Shown here: positions 9,986 through 19,671 of the stretch, in pieces | Layout: each line of letters opens with the position of its first letter | Numbering within the stretch: position 1 is the stretch's first letter | Assembly: GCA_963728125.1 (NCBI GenBank) | Contig: CAVSIZ010000003.1 | Span: 11,250 to 75,249, forward strand | Reading direction: 5' to 3' | DNA: 64,000 nucleotides | Source of the DNA: an uncultured Actinomycetota bacterium | GTDB lineage: Bacteria > Actinomycetota > Actinomycetes > CAWDCV01 | Translations under genes and position numbers: made by a program | Notes under the pieces: model-generated | What the model was told of the DNA's origin: nothing | Database searches by the model: none | Seen by the model: the letters and a program-made list of their open reading frames with translations, nothing else

Positions 9986-10039
9986 AGTTGTCTTGTCCGA
10001 ACGGCACCCGCGTGTGCAGGCGACCGCGTTCGGACAACT
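9986..10039. repeat. REP-like palindromic element, copy A (also a likely terminator of sucB)
   Basis: TTGTCCGAACG (9993-10003) and CGTTCGGACAA (10027-10037) are separated by 23 nt. The same 13-mer arms AGTTGTCCGAACG/CGTTCGGACAACT with the same spacer length recur at 57416-57465. Confidence 0.5.
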
Positions 10040-10053
10040 CGGCAGGCGACGCC

Positions 10054-11997
10054 CTAGAGACCGAGTTCCGCCTCGAAGCGGCCCTCCTCGAGGCGCTGCT
10101 TCACCGTGACGAGGAACCGCGCAGCGTCTGCGCCATCGACGAGACGGTGGTCATAAGTGAGCGCGAGGTACGCCATCGACCGCACCGCGATCACCTCGCC
10201 GAGGTCGGGGTCCTCGACGACGACCGGCCGCTTGACGACAGCGCCGGTGCCGAGTATCGCCACCTGTGGCTGATTGAGGATCGGCGTGTCGAAGAGCGCG
10301 CCGCGGCTACCGGTGTTCGTGAGCGTGAACGTGCCGCCGGACAGCTCGTCAGGGCCGACCTTGTTCGAACGGGTGCGCTCCGCAAGGTCGGCGATCTTGC
10401 GGGACAGGCCACCGAGGTTGAGATCACCGGCGTTCTTGATCACGGGAACGAGCAGGCCGCGCTCGGTGTCGACGGCGATTCCCAGGTGCTCCGCGTCGTA
10501 ATAGGTGATCTCACCCTTGTCGGTGTCGATCGACGCGTTGACCGCCGGATGCTGCTTGAGCGCCTCGATCGCCGCGATCGCGAAGAACGGCAGGAACGAC
10601 AGGCGGACGCCCTCGCGCGCCTCGAACTCGCCCTTCACCTGCTGACGTAGCCGGGCAATGTTCGTGACGTCGACCTCGACGACCGTGGTGAGCTGAGCCG
10701 ATACCTGCAGCGACTCGACCATCCGCTGGGCAATGACCCGCCGCAGACGCGACATCTTCTCGGTCTGTCCGCGCAGCGGCGACGGCGCCGGCGCGTTGGC
10801 GGCGGGACCAGCCGCCGCGGCGGCGGCATTGGCCGGTGTGCCGACGGGTTGGGCCTGCGGCGTCTGGGGTTCCGGCTCCTTGTCGCGAGCCGGCTCCTGC
10901 TGTCTGGCTCGAGCTGCCTCGAGCACGTCCTGCTTGCGGATCCGCCCACCCACACCTGATCCCGACAGCGTTGATAGGTCGACGCCATGCTCGGTGGCAA
11001 GCTTGCGGACCAGCGGGGTGACGTAGGCGCTGCCGTCGCCGCTCGGCGTCTCGCGTGCGGCTTCGCCATCACCGGTGGCGGAGTCAGCGGCAGCTTCGGA
11101 CTCGTCAGCGCCACCGCCATAGTCGGCCCGTCCTGACTGTGGCTGGGCGGGGGTCTGGGCAGAGCTGCCGTTGCCGTTGGTTTGTTGCTGCGGCGACGCC
11201 TCCGCTTGCGGCTTCTCGGCTTGCGGTTCCTCCGCCTGCCGCTCCTCCTGAGGGGGAGCCGGCTGGGGAGTCGACGTCGACCCGGATTCGGCACCACCGA
11301 TGATCGCCAGTTCGGTGCCAACGTCGACGGTCTCGTCCTCGCGAACGTTGATGCGGGTGAGGACGCCGGCCGCCGGCGACGGGATCTCGGTGTCGACCTT
11401 GTCCGTCGAGACTTCCAGCAGCGGCTCGTCCGCTTGGACCTGGTCGCCTTCCTGCTTGAGCCAGCGCGTCACGGTGCCCTCGGTCACGCTTTCGCCCAAG
11501 GCGGGCAGGACGACGGGCGTGCCGCCGTCCGAACCGGACTGCTGACTGCTCTGCTGCGCCGGCTGCTGTTCCGATTGTTGCTGGGCCGGTTCCTGCTCAG
11601 GCTGCTCTTCGTCCTGCTGCTCTGCCTGCTGCGGCTGCTGCTCATCGGGCTCGGGTTCCTGCTGCTCCTGCTGGGCGCCGCTGTCCTGTTCGGCCGGTGT
11701 CTCCTCGGCCTGCGTTTCTTCAGTTGGCTGGTCGCTCGAGCGGGACTCACTGGTGTCCGACGAGTCGCCGATCACGGCGAGCTCGCTGCCGACCTCGACC
11801 GTCTCGTCCTCGTGCACCTTGATCTGCGTCAGGACGCCGGCGGCCGGCGAGGGGATCTCCGTGTCGACTTTGTCGGTGGACACCTCGAGCAGCGGCTCGT
11901 CCGCCTGGACCTCGTCGCCTTCCTGCTTGAGCCAGCGCGTCACGGTGCCCTCGGACACGCTCTCGCCGAGCTGGGGCATGGTCACGGAGACGGACAT
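10054..11997 (-). CDS. sucB: 2-oxoacid dehydrogenase E2 component (dihydrolipoamide succinyl/acyltransferase), two lipoyl domains
   Basis: 647 aa. Two lipoyl domains ([19 protein letters not shown] twice), an E3-binding domain and a catalytic domain with DHRLVDG. Confidence 0.9.
   Translation of the reverse strand: MSVSVTMPQLGESVSEGTVTRWLKQEGDEVQADEPLLEVSTDKVDTEIPSPAAGVLTQIKVHEDETVEVGSELAVIGDSSDTSESRSSDQPTEETQAEETPAEQDSGAQQEQQEPEPDEQQPQQAEQQDEEQPEQEPAQQQSEQQPAQQSSQQSGSDGGTPVVLPALGESVTEGTVTRWLKQEGDQVQADEPLLEVSTDKVDTEIPSPAAGVLTRINVREDETVDVGTELAIIGGAESGSTSTPQPAPPQEERQAEEPQAEKPQAEASPQQQTNGNGSSAQTPAQPQSGRADYGGGADESEAAADSATGDGEAARETPSGDGSAYVTPLVRKLATEHGVDLSTLSGSGVGGRIRKQDVLEAARARQQEPARDKEPEPQTPQAQPVGTPANAAAAAAGPAANAPAPSPLRGQTEKMSRLRRVIAQRMVESLQVSAQLTTVVEVDVTNIARLRQQVKGEFEAREGVRLSFLPFFAIAAIEALKQHPAVNASIDTDKGEITYYDAEHLGIAVDTERGLLVPVIKNAGDLNLGGLSRKIADLAERTRSNKVGPDELSGGTFTLTNTGSRGALFDTPILNQPQVAILGTGAVVKRPVVVEDPDLGEVIAVRSMAYLALTYDHRLVDGADAARFLVTVKQRLEEGRFEAELGL
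11300..11997 (-). repeat. internal duplication: two near-identical lipoyl-domain coding units separated by a Gln/Glu/Pro-rich linker
   Basis: Near-identical peptide blocks ([40 protein letters not shown]) are encoded at about 11300-11545 and 11753-11997. The antisense shadow ORFs are also near-identical. Confidence 0.8.
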
Positions 11998-12048
11998 CTG
12001 CTGCTTCGACTCCTTCGTAGTTCACGACTCGCGTGGGAGCGTAGGTCC

Positions 12049-13419
12049 TCAGCCGTGCGTGTGCAGCGGCTTGCCGGCCAAGGCCATGTGCGCCTCGCCC
12101 ACGGACTCCGACAACGTGGGATGCGGATGGATCAGCGCCGCCACCTCAGTCGGCAGCGCCTCCCAGTTGTAGATGAGCTGTGCCTCGGCGAGATTCTCAC
12201 CGAGGCGAGCGCCGACCATGTGAATACCAACGACGGGTCCGTCCTTCTGCGCGATGACCTTCACCGCACCCGCTGTCTTGAGGATCTGCGCCTTGCCGTT
12301 GCCGGCGAGGTCGTAGGTGAACTCGTCGATCTCGAGGCCGCGCTCGCGCGCCACGGTCGAGGTAATACCGACTGACGCGACCTCTGGATCGCAGTACGCG
12401 ATGCGCGGGACGCCGTCGTGGTCGATGGGTGCGGGGTTCAGGCCGCCGAGCCGCTCGGCGACAAGGATGCCCTCCTGGAAGCCGAGGTGGGCCAGCTGCA
12501 ACGTCGGGATGAGGTCGCCAACCGCCGAGATGGTCGGGATGTTGGTCTGGCACCACTGGTCGACCTTGACGTACCCGCGGTCCATCTCCACGCCGACGGT
12601 GTCGTATCCGAGACCCTCGGACACCGGCCCGCGGCCCACCGCCACGAGCAGCAGCTCGGCGTCCAACGTCTTTCCGCCCTCGAGGCTGACCCGGACACCG
12701 TCATCGGTGTACTCGACGCCAGAGAACCGAGCGCCCAGCTCGAAGCCAATCTTCCGGCGCCGGAACGCGCGCTCCAGCAGCTTCGACGACGACTCCTCCT
12801 CGAGCGGAAGCAGATGAGGAAGCATCTCGACGATCGTCACCTCGGCGCCGAACGACCGCCAGACGCTGGCGAACTCGACCCCGATCACGCCGCCGCCGAG
12901 GATGACTGCGGAGGCGGGTACGGAATCGAGCGTCAACGCGTTGTCGGAGCTAATGACGCGGTTACCGTCGATGTCCAGGCCCGGGAGCGACTTCGGCACG
13001 GAGCCGGTCGCGAGCACGATGTGCCGACCTTCGTAGACCTGGTCGTCGACCTGGACGGCGGTCGGTGAGACGAGCGTGCCGCTGCCCTCGACGTAGGTGA
13101 TCTTGCGGCTGCGGACGAGGCCCTGCAGGCCCTTGTAGAGCCGGGAGACGACGCCGTCCTTGTAGCCGTTGACGCCCTTCATGTCGATGCCGTCGAACGA
13201 CGTCTTGACGCCGTACGTCTCACTCTCACGCGACTGGTCGGCGATCTCGCCCGCGTGCAGCAGGGCCTTGGTGGGGATGCAGCCGCGGTGCAGGCAGGTC
13301 CCGCCGAGTTTGTCCTTCTCGATCAGCGCGACGTTCATGCCCAACTCGGCCGCTCTCAGCGCGCAGGCGTAGCCGCCGCTGCCGCCTCCGAGGATCACCA
13401 GGTCGAAGGGGTCAGCCAC
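12049..13419 (-). CDS. lpd: dihydrolipoyl dehydrogenase (E3)
   Basis: ORF 12049..13647 trimmed to GTG 13419 (VADPFDLVILGGGSGGY), preceded by AAGGAG 6 nt upstream. Redox-active GGTCLHRGCIPTK and C-terminal HPHPT motifs. Confidence 0.9.
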   Translation of the reverse strand: MADPFDLVILGGGSGGYACALRAAELGMNVALIEKDKLGGTCLHRGCIPTKALLHAGEIADQSRESETYGVKTSFDGIDMKGVNGYKDGVVSRLYKGLQGLVRSRKITYVEGSGTLVSPTAVQVDDQVYEGRHIVLATGSVPKSLPGLDIDGNRVISSDNALTLDSVPASAVILGGGVIGVEFASVWRSFGAEVTIVEMLPHLLPLEEESSSKLLERAFRRRKIGFELGARFSGVEYTDDGVRVSLEGGKTLDAELLLVAVGRGPVSEGLGYDTVGVEMDRGYVKVDQWCQTNIPTISAVGDLIPTLQLAHLGFQEGILVAERLGGLNPAPIDHDGVPRIAYCDPEVASVGITSTVARERGLEIDEFTYDLAGNGKAQILKTAGAVKVIAQKDGPVVGIHMVGARLGENLAEAQLIYNWEALPTEVAALIHPHPTLSESVGEAHMALAGKPLHTHG

Positions 13420-13501
13420 CGAATGCTCCTTTGTTATTCGTTCGCTTGCGCCATCCATCCTTCCACTGCTGGTCCAGTACCCCATCTCATACGGTGGCGG
13501 C

Positions 13502-13846
13502 ATGCGCTTGTCCTCGTTGTTCCGCCGGCAGCGGCCCGGAACGCTGCGTACGGCCGATCGAGCCGACGCGGACCACCTCAGCGAGTTCGCCCGATCGCGA
13601 CGCGGGGTCGAGGCGTTCGTCGAGCCGCGCACGACGGTGACCGACACGACCGTCGTGCTCGTCGCTCACGACGGCGAGTGGACCCGCCGTCGGGTGGCAA
13701 GCGCTCGGGCTGCTCACGACCTCGCCGGCAAGCTGGGTATCCCCGCGTACGACGCGGCCGTGGTCGGGTACCCGGCCCGGATGCGCGAGTGGACTGCTCG
13801 ACAGGCTCGGGCCAACGACGGCGGCAGCGCGGACGATTCCGGCTGA
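13502..13846 (+). CDS. hypothetical protein (114 aa)
   Basis: Non-shadow ORF in the gap between lpd and the downstream operon, with plausible composition. No family recognised. Confidence 0.45.
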   Translation: MRLSSLFRRQRPGTLRTADRADADHLSEFARSRRGVEAFVEPRTTVTDTTVVLVAHDGEWTRRRVASARAAHDLAGKLGIPAYDAAVVGYPARMREWTARQARANDGGSADDSG

Positions 13847-13872
13847 GGCACCGGCCTCGGCGAGGGGGAGCG

Positions 13873-16644
13873 GTGCTTGTCGCCGGCACGCTGAAGATCC
13901 GGCCGGGAGAGGGTCGGGTCGTCGCCACGGTTGCGGGTGCCTTCGCGGCAGTCGAGGCCGGCCGCGGACTCGGGGAGGTGGGCGTCCAGGCACTGGTCCT
14001 CGACAGCGCCGGACCAACGATCCTGCCGCCGCTCTACATCGCACTCGGGCTGGTCGGTCTCGTCGCGACGCTGTCGTACGGCGCGCTGATCGGACGCTTC
14101 CGTGGGGTGCTGTTCCCCGCGTCACTACTCATCATCGCCGCCGTCATCGGCGTCGAAGGCGTGGCCGTTCTCCTCGCTGGGGACGTGCGCTTGTTCGCTG
14201 TCGCCTGGGTGTCGGTGTTCACGGCCGGAGCGCTGCTGACAACCGTGCTGTGGACCGTCGCCGGGCGCATCTTCGATACGCGGCAGGCCAAGCGGCTGTT
14301 CCCCCTGTGCACCGCGGCCACGATCGCCGGCGGGTTCCTCGGACTGCTCGCTGCTGGTCCACTGTCACAGCTGGTCGGCGTGGAACCTCTGATCGTCGGC
14401 CAGGCAGTACTCACCCTGGCGGGCGGACTCGCCTTGTGGCGGGTCCGGAACCGGCTCGACGTCGGCCGCCGACGCGGTGTCGACGAAGATCGCTCGCTAC
14501 GCGCCGGCGCGGCCTATGTCTGGCGTTCCCCGGTGATGCGCCTGGTGGCGATCGCCTACCTGCTGTTCGCCGTCCTGCTGTTCTCGATGGCCTTCCCGTT
14601 CTCCGCCGCGATGGCAGCTGCCTTCCCCGACCGTGCCGACCTCGCGACGGCGCTCGGCCTCCTTGCCGCGGCGGTGACCGCTGTGTCGTTCCTCCTCGCC
14701 GCGCTCGTCGCCAACCGCCTGTACGCGCGCTTCGGCGTGACCACCGTCGCGTTGCTGCTGCCGCTCGTCTATCTCGGCGGCTTCGGCATCTGGCTGATCG
14801 CGTTCACCACGGTCACCGCGATCGGGGTGAAGTTCGCACAAGAAGCCACTCAGCGTGGACTGTCCAACACCGTGTGGAGCGCGCTGTTCACTGTTGTCCC
14901 GTCCGCTCGTCGCGGCCAGGTCCTCGCCTTCATCGATGGCGTACCCGGCCAACTCGGCACTGTGCTCACCGGAGCGCTCCTCCTCGGCGCCGCGACCGTT
15001 GGCGTGGACGCGACATCGAGGCCGCTCTTCGCGCTCGGTGCTGCAGCCGCGGTCGCATGCCTGTGGACCGTGGTCCTTGTTCGCCGCCGCTATCCCGCTG
15101 CCCTGCTGGCCACGTTGCGGGAAGGGCCGGGGGAGCAGGTGCTCGAGGGCGGTCCGGGTCTCGCTGCACTCGCCCTTCACCCAGGAATGGCTGCGCAGCT
15201 GCGGACTGCCTTGCAATCGGACCGTCCGAGTGACCGTCGGCTCGCGGTCGAGCTATCGAACCGGCTCGACGTGCGGGACGTGGTGATCGACGTGGTCCCT
15301 CTGGTCGACGATCCGGAGCCGAGCGTTCGTCGAGCGGCGCTTGCCACCGTCGGCCGGCATGGCCATCCCGCCACGTTGGATGCGATCGCCCCAGGAGCCA
15401 TCGACCGGCTTGCTCTCGACGAGGACCCACGGATTCGAGCCGAGCTCGCCCTGGCACTGAGTCGGTGGCAGCGCATCGACGAGGGTCACTCCATCACCGA
15501 TGCGCTGCTCCGATCCGAGCAGGCCGACGACCGAGCCGCTGGGCTGCGGGTCGTCGCCGAGCTGCGTGGCGATCAGTGGAGCGAGCAGCTCATTGCAGCA
15601 CTCTCCGACGACGCGCCGACGGTGCGCACAGCAGCAGCGAATGCTCTCGTCAATCGACCCGATCTGACGGCACGTGTGCTCCGCACGCTGCTCTCAGGTC
15701 CCGAGGTAGCTCGCGATGCTGCCCTGGCAGCTCTGGACGGGGACGACCCGCTCGTACGGGACACGCTGGTGCCCTGGGCGCTGGACTCCGTCACGCGGGC
15801 AACGACGCTGCGCCAGCAGGCTGCCGATGTCTCCACGAAGGCGGGCGAAAGCGCCACGTTCCTCAGCGACCTCCTGCGCCGTCGCAGCGCGACGATCGAG
15901 AACCGCCTGCTTCGGGTGCTCGCCATCCTGGGAGCTCCCGAGGCCGTTGGCCCGATCCGCCGATGCCTGCACTCGGGCGACGCAGAGACCCGAGCTCAAG
16001 CCATCGAGGCCCTCGATGCTCTCGGCAGCGGGCCACTCGCGCGGGCCGTGGTCCGCTTGATCGACAGCGAGCCGGGCTCCGGCCCCGCGAGTGACGCGGA
16101 GGCAACGTCGATTCTTCACCGGCTAACCGAGTATCCGGATCTCTGGGTTCGCGCTCTTGCCCTTCGTACACTCAGCGAGGATCGCGCCGGAGGTGCTGCG
16201 ATGCCTGACGGTCGCACCGTGCGGGACGACCTCGACCGAATGCTGCTGCTTCGCCGGGTCCCGCTGTTCTCGATGCTCGAACCGGAGGACCTCCAGCGGG
16301 TATCCGCGGCAGCGGTGGAGCGGACGTACGCCGCCGGTGAAGCCCTGATGAATCAGGGAGACGTTGGCGACGAGCTCATCGTGATCGTCGAGGGAACGGT
16401 CGACGTCGTCCAGCAGGACGGGAACGGCTCGCGGCGATTCATCCGCAGCTACGGTGCCGGCGACCACATCGGCGAGCTGGCCGTCCTGCGACAGGGGATA
16501 CGGGTCGCGACCGTTCTCGCCGACGAGCGAGGTGCACGAGGCCTCGTCCTCAACGGTGGAGCGGTGCAGGCGATTCTGCGCGAACGACCCGACGCCGCCA
16601 TGGCCATGCTGGCAACGCTGGCCGAACGGATCAGCACCCAATGA
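13873..16644 (+). CDS. multidomain membrane protein: TLC/MFS-like transporter + HEAT repeats + C-terminal cyclic-nucleotide-binding domain
   Basis: ORF 13255..16644 trimmed to GTG 13873. About 430 aa of TM helices, then repeated DDPxxxVRxAA HEAT-like units. The CAP-type cNMP domain reads LLRRVPLFSMLEPEDL...GDHIGELAVL...RVATVLA. Confidence 0.8.
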   Translation: MLVAGTLKIRPGEGRVVATVAGAFAAVEAGRGLGEVGVQALVLDSAGPTILPPLYIALGLVGLVATLSYGALIGRFRGVLFPASLLIIAAVIGVEGVAVLLAGDVRLFAVAWVSVFTAGALLTTVLWTVAGRIFDTRQAKRLFPLCTAATIAGGFLGLLAAGPLSQLVGVEPLIVGQAVLTLAGGLALWRVRNRLDVGRRRGVDEDRSLRAGAAYVWRSPVMRLVAIAYLLFAVLLFSMAFPFSAAMAAAFPDRADLATALGLLAAAVTAVSFLLAALVANRLYARFGVTTVALLLPLVYLGGFGIWLIAFTTVTAIGVKFAQEATQRGLSNTVWSALFTVVPSARRGQVLAFIDGVPGQLGTVLTGALLLGAATVGVDATSRPLFALGAAAAVACLWTVVLVRRRYPAALLATLREGPGEQVLEGGPGLAALALHPGMAAQLRTALQSDRPSDRRLAVELSNRLDVRDVVIDVVPLVDDPEPSVRRAALATVGRHGHPATLDAIAPGAIDRLALDEDPRIRAELALALSRWQRIDEGHSITDALLRSEQADDRAAGLRVVAELRGDQWSEQLIAALSDDAPTVRTAAANALVNRPDLTARVLRTLLSGPEVARDAALAALDGDDPLVRDTLVPWALDSVTRATTLRQQAADVSTKAGESATFLSDLLRRRSATIENRLLRVLAILGAPEAVGPIRRCLHSGDAETRAQAIEALDALGSGPLARAVVRLIDSEPGSGPASDAEATSILHRLTEYPDLWVRALALRTLSEDRAGGAAMPDGRTVRDDLDRMLLLRRVPLFSMLEPEDLQRVSAAAVERTYAAGEALMNQGDVGDELIVIVEGTVDVVQQDGNGSRRFIRSYGAGDHIGELAVLRQGIRVATVLADERGARGLVLNGGAVQAILRERPDAAMAMLATLAERISTQ

Positions 16645-18713
16645 CTGACGTCGGAACGCTACCCACCGGAACGATCACGTTCCTCCGGTCGGACGTCGAG
16701 GGCTCCATGCGCCTCGTCCAGGAGCTCGGATCCCGCTTCGACGAGGTCAATGCCCAGCATCAGGCACTGGTTCGTTCCGCCTGCGCCGAGTACGGAGGTC
16801 ACGAGGTCCGCACCGAGGGCGACGCCTTCTTCGTGGTCTTTCCCGATGCGCACGACGCCGTGCGCGCTGCGGTGGCGATCCAAAAGTCGATTGCGACGCA
16901 CGTGTGGCCGGCCGGCGTCACGCTTCGCGTCCGAATTGGGCTGCACGCTGGTTCCGCGTACCGCGCTGGCGACGACTACGGCGGACTGGAGGTCAACCGG
17001 GCCGCCCGGATCGCGGCTGCCGGGCACGGCGAGCAGATCGTGATCTCCGATGCAGTGCGGGCGCTGGTCGAGGCGGATCTACCGCCCGGCGCCGCCATCC
17101 GCAATCTCGGCTGGCACCGGCTCAAGGATCTTCCCCAGCCCCAGCAGCTATTTCAGCTCGACGTCGAGGGGCTGCCCACGCAATTCCCGCAGCTGCGGAC
17201 GGCGAGTGCCTCGGTGGGCAACCTGACGATTCGGCTCACGAGCTTCATCGATCGTGCCGATGAGCTTGCGGCACTGCAACGGTTCTTGGAACACAATCGG
17301 CTGCTCACGCTCACCGGTCCGGGTGGCACAGGAAAGACGAGCCTGGCTCTCGAACTCGCTCGGCAGGTCGCGCCCGACTTTCCCGACGGCGCGTGGCAGG
17401 TGAATCTGGCCAGCCTGTCCGAGCCCAGCGCCGTGCGCGCGACGATCGCCCGGACTCTAGGGCTCTACGACGGGCCGGTGGACTCCGCGGCAGCCCGACT
17501 CGACGCGTATCTCGCCGACCGCACCCTGCTGCTCGTGCTCGACAACTTCGAGCACCTGCTCGATGCGGCCCCGGAGGTGTCCGACCTGCTGTCCGGGTCG
17601 CCAGGATTGCGCGTCGTCGCAACCAGCCGGGCACCCCTGCGGCTTGCCGGTGAGCAAGAGTTTCCCGTGCCGCCGCTCCCCGTTGACAGTGCGGCGATCC
17701 AGCTGTTCCTCGATCGAGCTCGGGCCGCACGCCCTGCGCTACGCGGCACGCCGGAGGAAACGCAGCACATCGCCGGCATCTGTGTCGCGTTGGACGGTTT
17801 GCCACTGGGGATCGAGCTCGCAGCAGCGCGGGTGCTCACCCTGCCATTGGCTGCGATCGCTGAGCGGCTGGCCCGGCATCAGCCGCTGCCGGGACATGGG
17901 TATCGCGATCTGCCGCAGCGGCACCAGACTCTCGACGACACCATCAACTGGAGCTACCACCTGCTGACACCGACGGCGCAGCACCTGCTCGCGCAGCTGT
18001 CGGTCTTCGTCGGTGGCTTCGATCTCGAGCAGGCGCACGAGATCGCCCGCGTCGACGTCCTCGATGACATCGTCTCGCTGTGCGAGCAGAGCCTGCTCGT
18101 GCCGGTCGAGTCGGCGAGCGGCATTCGGTATCGGATGCTCGAGACCATCCGCGCGTATGCCGCTCGGCGGTTGGACGCAGCTGGGGAGACCGACACGCTT
18201 CGGGAGCGGCACGCGCAGGCGTACCTCGGTCTCGCCCAGCGCGCCGCAACCCACTACCTACGCCACGACCAAGCCGAGTGGCTCGACCGGCTCGTCGCGG
18301 ACGATGCCAACCTCCGCTTAGCCATGCTCTGGGCTATCGAGACCGAGGATGCCGCGTTCGGGATGCGCCTCGGTGGCGCGATGTGGCGCTACTGGGTGAC
18401 CACCGGGCGACTTGCCGAAGGTCGAGCGCTGATGACACGCGTGATGGCGCTCGACGGCGCGGCAGAGCGTTCGGAGGGTCAGGATCACTCGGCCTCGATG
18501 CAGCCGGCAGCCTGGCCTACTGGGCCAGGGATCAGGAAGTCCATGCGGGATCTCTACGACGAGCAGCTCGCACTCGCGCGTTCACGTAGGCGACGCAGCA
18601 GCCCAGGCGAACGCGGCGTTCAACGTCGCGCACAGCCGATTCATGCTGGCAACGACCCGCCCGGCGCCCACGCGATGGTCGAGCTTCGCGCGGGAGCGAG
18701 TACGTGGAGGTAG
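16641..18713 (+). CDS. class III adenylate/guanylate cyclase fused to STAND/NB-ARC-type ATPase; TPR tail disrupted
   Basis: Cyclase core GTITFLRSDVEGS...RTEGDAFFVVF...GLEVNRAARI. P-loop TGPGGTGKTSLALE. The ATGA start/stop overlap with the upstream gene is at 16641-16644. Reading frame coherence is lost after about 18470. Confidence 0.8.
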   Translation: MTDVGTLPTGTITFLRSDVEGSMRLVQELGSRFDEVNAQHQALVRSACAEYGGHEVRTEGDAFFVVFPDAHDAVRAAVAIQKSIATHVWPAGVTLRVRIGLHAGSAYRAGDDYGGLEVNRAARIAAAGHGEQIVISDAVRALVEADLPPGAAIRNLGWHRLKDLPQPQQLFQLDVEGLPTQFPQLRTASASVGNLTIRLTSFIDRADELAALQRFLEHNRLLTLTGPGGTGKTSLALELARQVAPDFPDGAWQVNLASLSEPSAVRATIARTLGLYDGPVDSAAARLDAYLADRTLLLVLDNFEHLLDAAPEVSDLLSGSPGLRVVATSRAPLRLAGEQEFPVPPLPVDSAAIQLFLDRARAARPALRGTPEETQHIAGICVALDGLPLGIELAAARVLTLPLAAIAERLARHQPLPGHGYRDLPQRHQTLDDTINWSYHLLTPTAQHLLAQLSVFVGGFDLEQAHEIARVDVLDDIVSLCEQSLLVPVESASGIRYRMLETIRAYAARRLDAAGETDTLRERHAQAYLGLAQRAATHYLRHDQAEWLDRLVADDANLRLAMLWAIETEDAAFGMRLGGAMWRYWVTTGRLAEGRALMTRVMALDGAAERSEGQDHSASMQPAAWPTGPGIRKSMRDLYDEQLALARSRRRRSSPGERGVQRRAQPIHAGNDPPGAHAMVELRAGASTWR

Positions 18714-19303
18714 GCGACCCGGTCGGCGTGGCTCGGGCGAATTGGTCGCTGTGCCGTGCAGACGATCGAGACGGAAGACCCGCAGGCTTGCGTCGCGCGA
18801 CGTTCGTCGAGCTGCTGCATCGATTCCACGATCTGCCGACCCGGCCTACGAGGGCATGGCGTGCTTCGGCCTCGCGTGGGACGCGATCCGCGCAGGGGAC
18901 GTCCGAGAGGCATCGCGATGGGGTCTGCGAGGAATGCTCTGCGGATCGACCCCTGCACGACGTGGCCAGCCAGACGATTGGACGTTGCAGGAGTCGGGGT
19001 CAGTTCTGCTCGAGCTTGGCGACGCGGAGGGCGCCGCGACCGTCCTCGCTGCTTTTCGAACACTCAGCGATCGGTACGGCGTTCGCGCTCCCATCGCCTT
19101 CGAACGGATTCTCGGAGTCCGTCACATCGATGAGCGGATTGCGACCAGCTTGGGATCGGATCGTGCGGCCAGGCCGCGACGCCGCGGGGACGAGTCATGA
19201 CGCTCGACGAGGTCTTCGCGTACCTACTGCGAGCGGCTGGACGCGCTCGGGATCGAACCAGCCGAGGTCTGAGTGCCCAGAGAAGGATCCTCAGAACGAG
19301 TGA
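18470..19303 (+). pseudogene. degenerate TPR-like C-terminal region of the cyclase-STAND gene, split over all three forward frames
   Basis: TPR-like peptides hop between frames: AAGSLAYWARDQ, MRDLYDEQLALARS, VGDAAAQANAAFNVAHSRFML, VGDPVGVARANWSL, ADPAYEGMACFGLAWDAIRAGDVREA, LLELGDAEGAATVLAAF, MTLDEVFAYLL. Confidence 0.55.
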
Positions 19304-19671
19304 TGGACTGCCTCGACGTTGTTGCCGTCGAGGTCACGCAGGAAGACGCCGTAGTAGCCAGCGTGGTACTCCGGCCAGATCCGAGGCTCGTGCAGGATCT
19401 CGGTCCCCGCTTCCTGCGCTGCTGCGTGCACGGCATCGACCGCCTCCCGCGACGGGGCAGTCAAGGCCAGGTGGATCGGCCGTGCGCCGCGGTCGACGAG
19501 CGGCCCGAACCACAGCCGCGGGAAGCCGTCGGGCCCGCTGAGCCCGACGACCGTCCCTTCGTCGTGCGTCTGCCGCATCGCCTCCCGGACTCCGAGAGCA
19601 GCGAAGACGCTGAGGTAGAAGTTTGCTGCTGCGTCTACATCCTCGACTTGCAACGCCAGATGATCGATCAC
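19291..19671 (-). CDS. VOC family (glyoxalase/bleomycin-resistance fold) protein
   Basis: Only the last 126 codons of ORF 19291..20931 look real (VIDHLALQVEDVDAAANFY...LDGNNVEAV). GTG 19671 overlaps the MMPL stop as GTGA. Confidence 0.75.
   Translation of the reverse strand: MIDHLALQVEDVDAAANFYLSVFAALGVREAMRQTHDEGTVVGLSGPDGFPRLWFGPLVDRGARPIHLALTAPSREAVDAVHAAAQEAGTEILHEPRIWPEYHAGYYGVFLRDLDGNNVEAVHHSF

Noticed and set aside
11530-11750. Repetitive CAG/GAG/CCG-rich stretch considered as a CRISPR-like or satellite array
   Set aside because: It lies in frame inside sucB and encodes the flexible Gln/Glu/Pro linker between lipoyl domains. It has no repeat-spacer periodicity.
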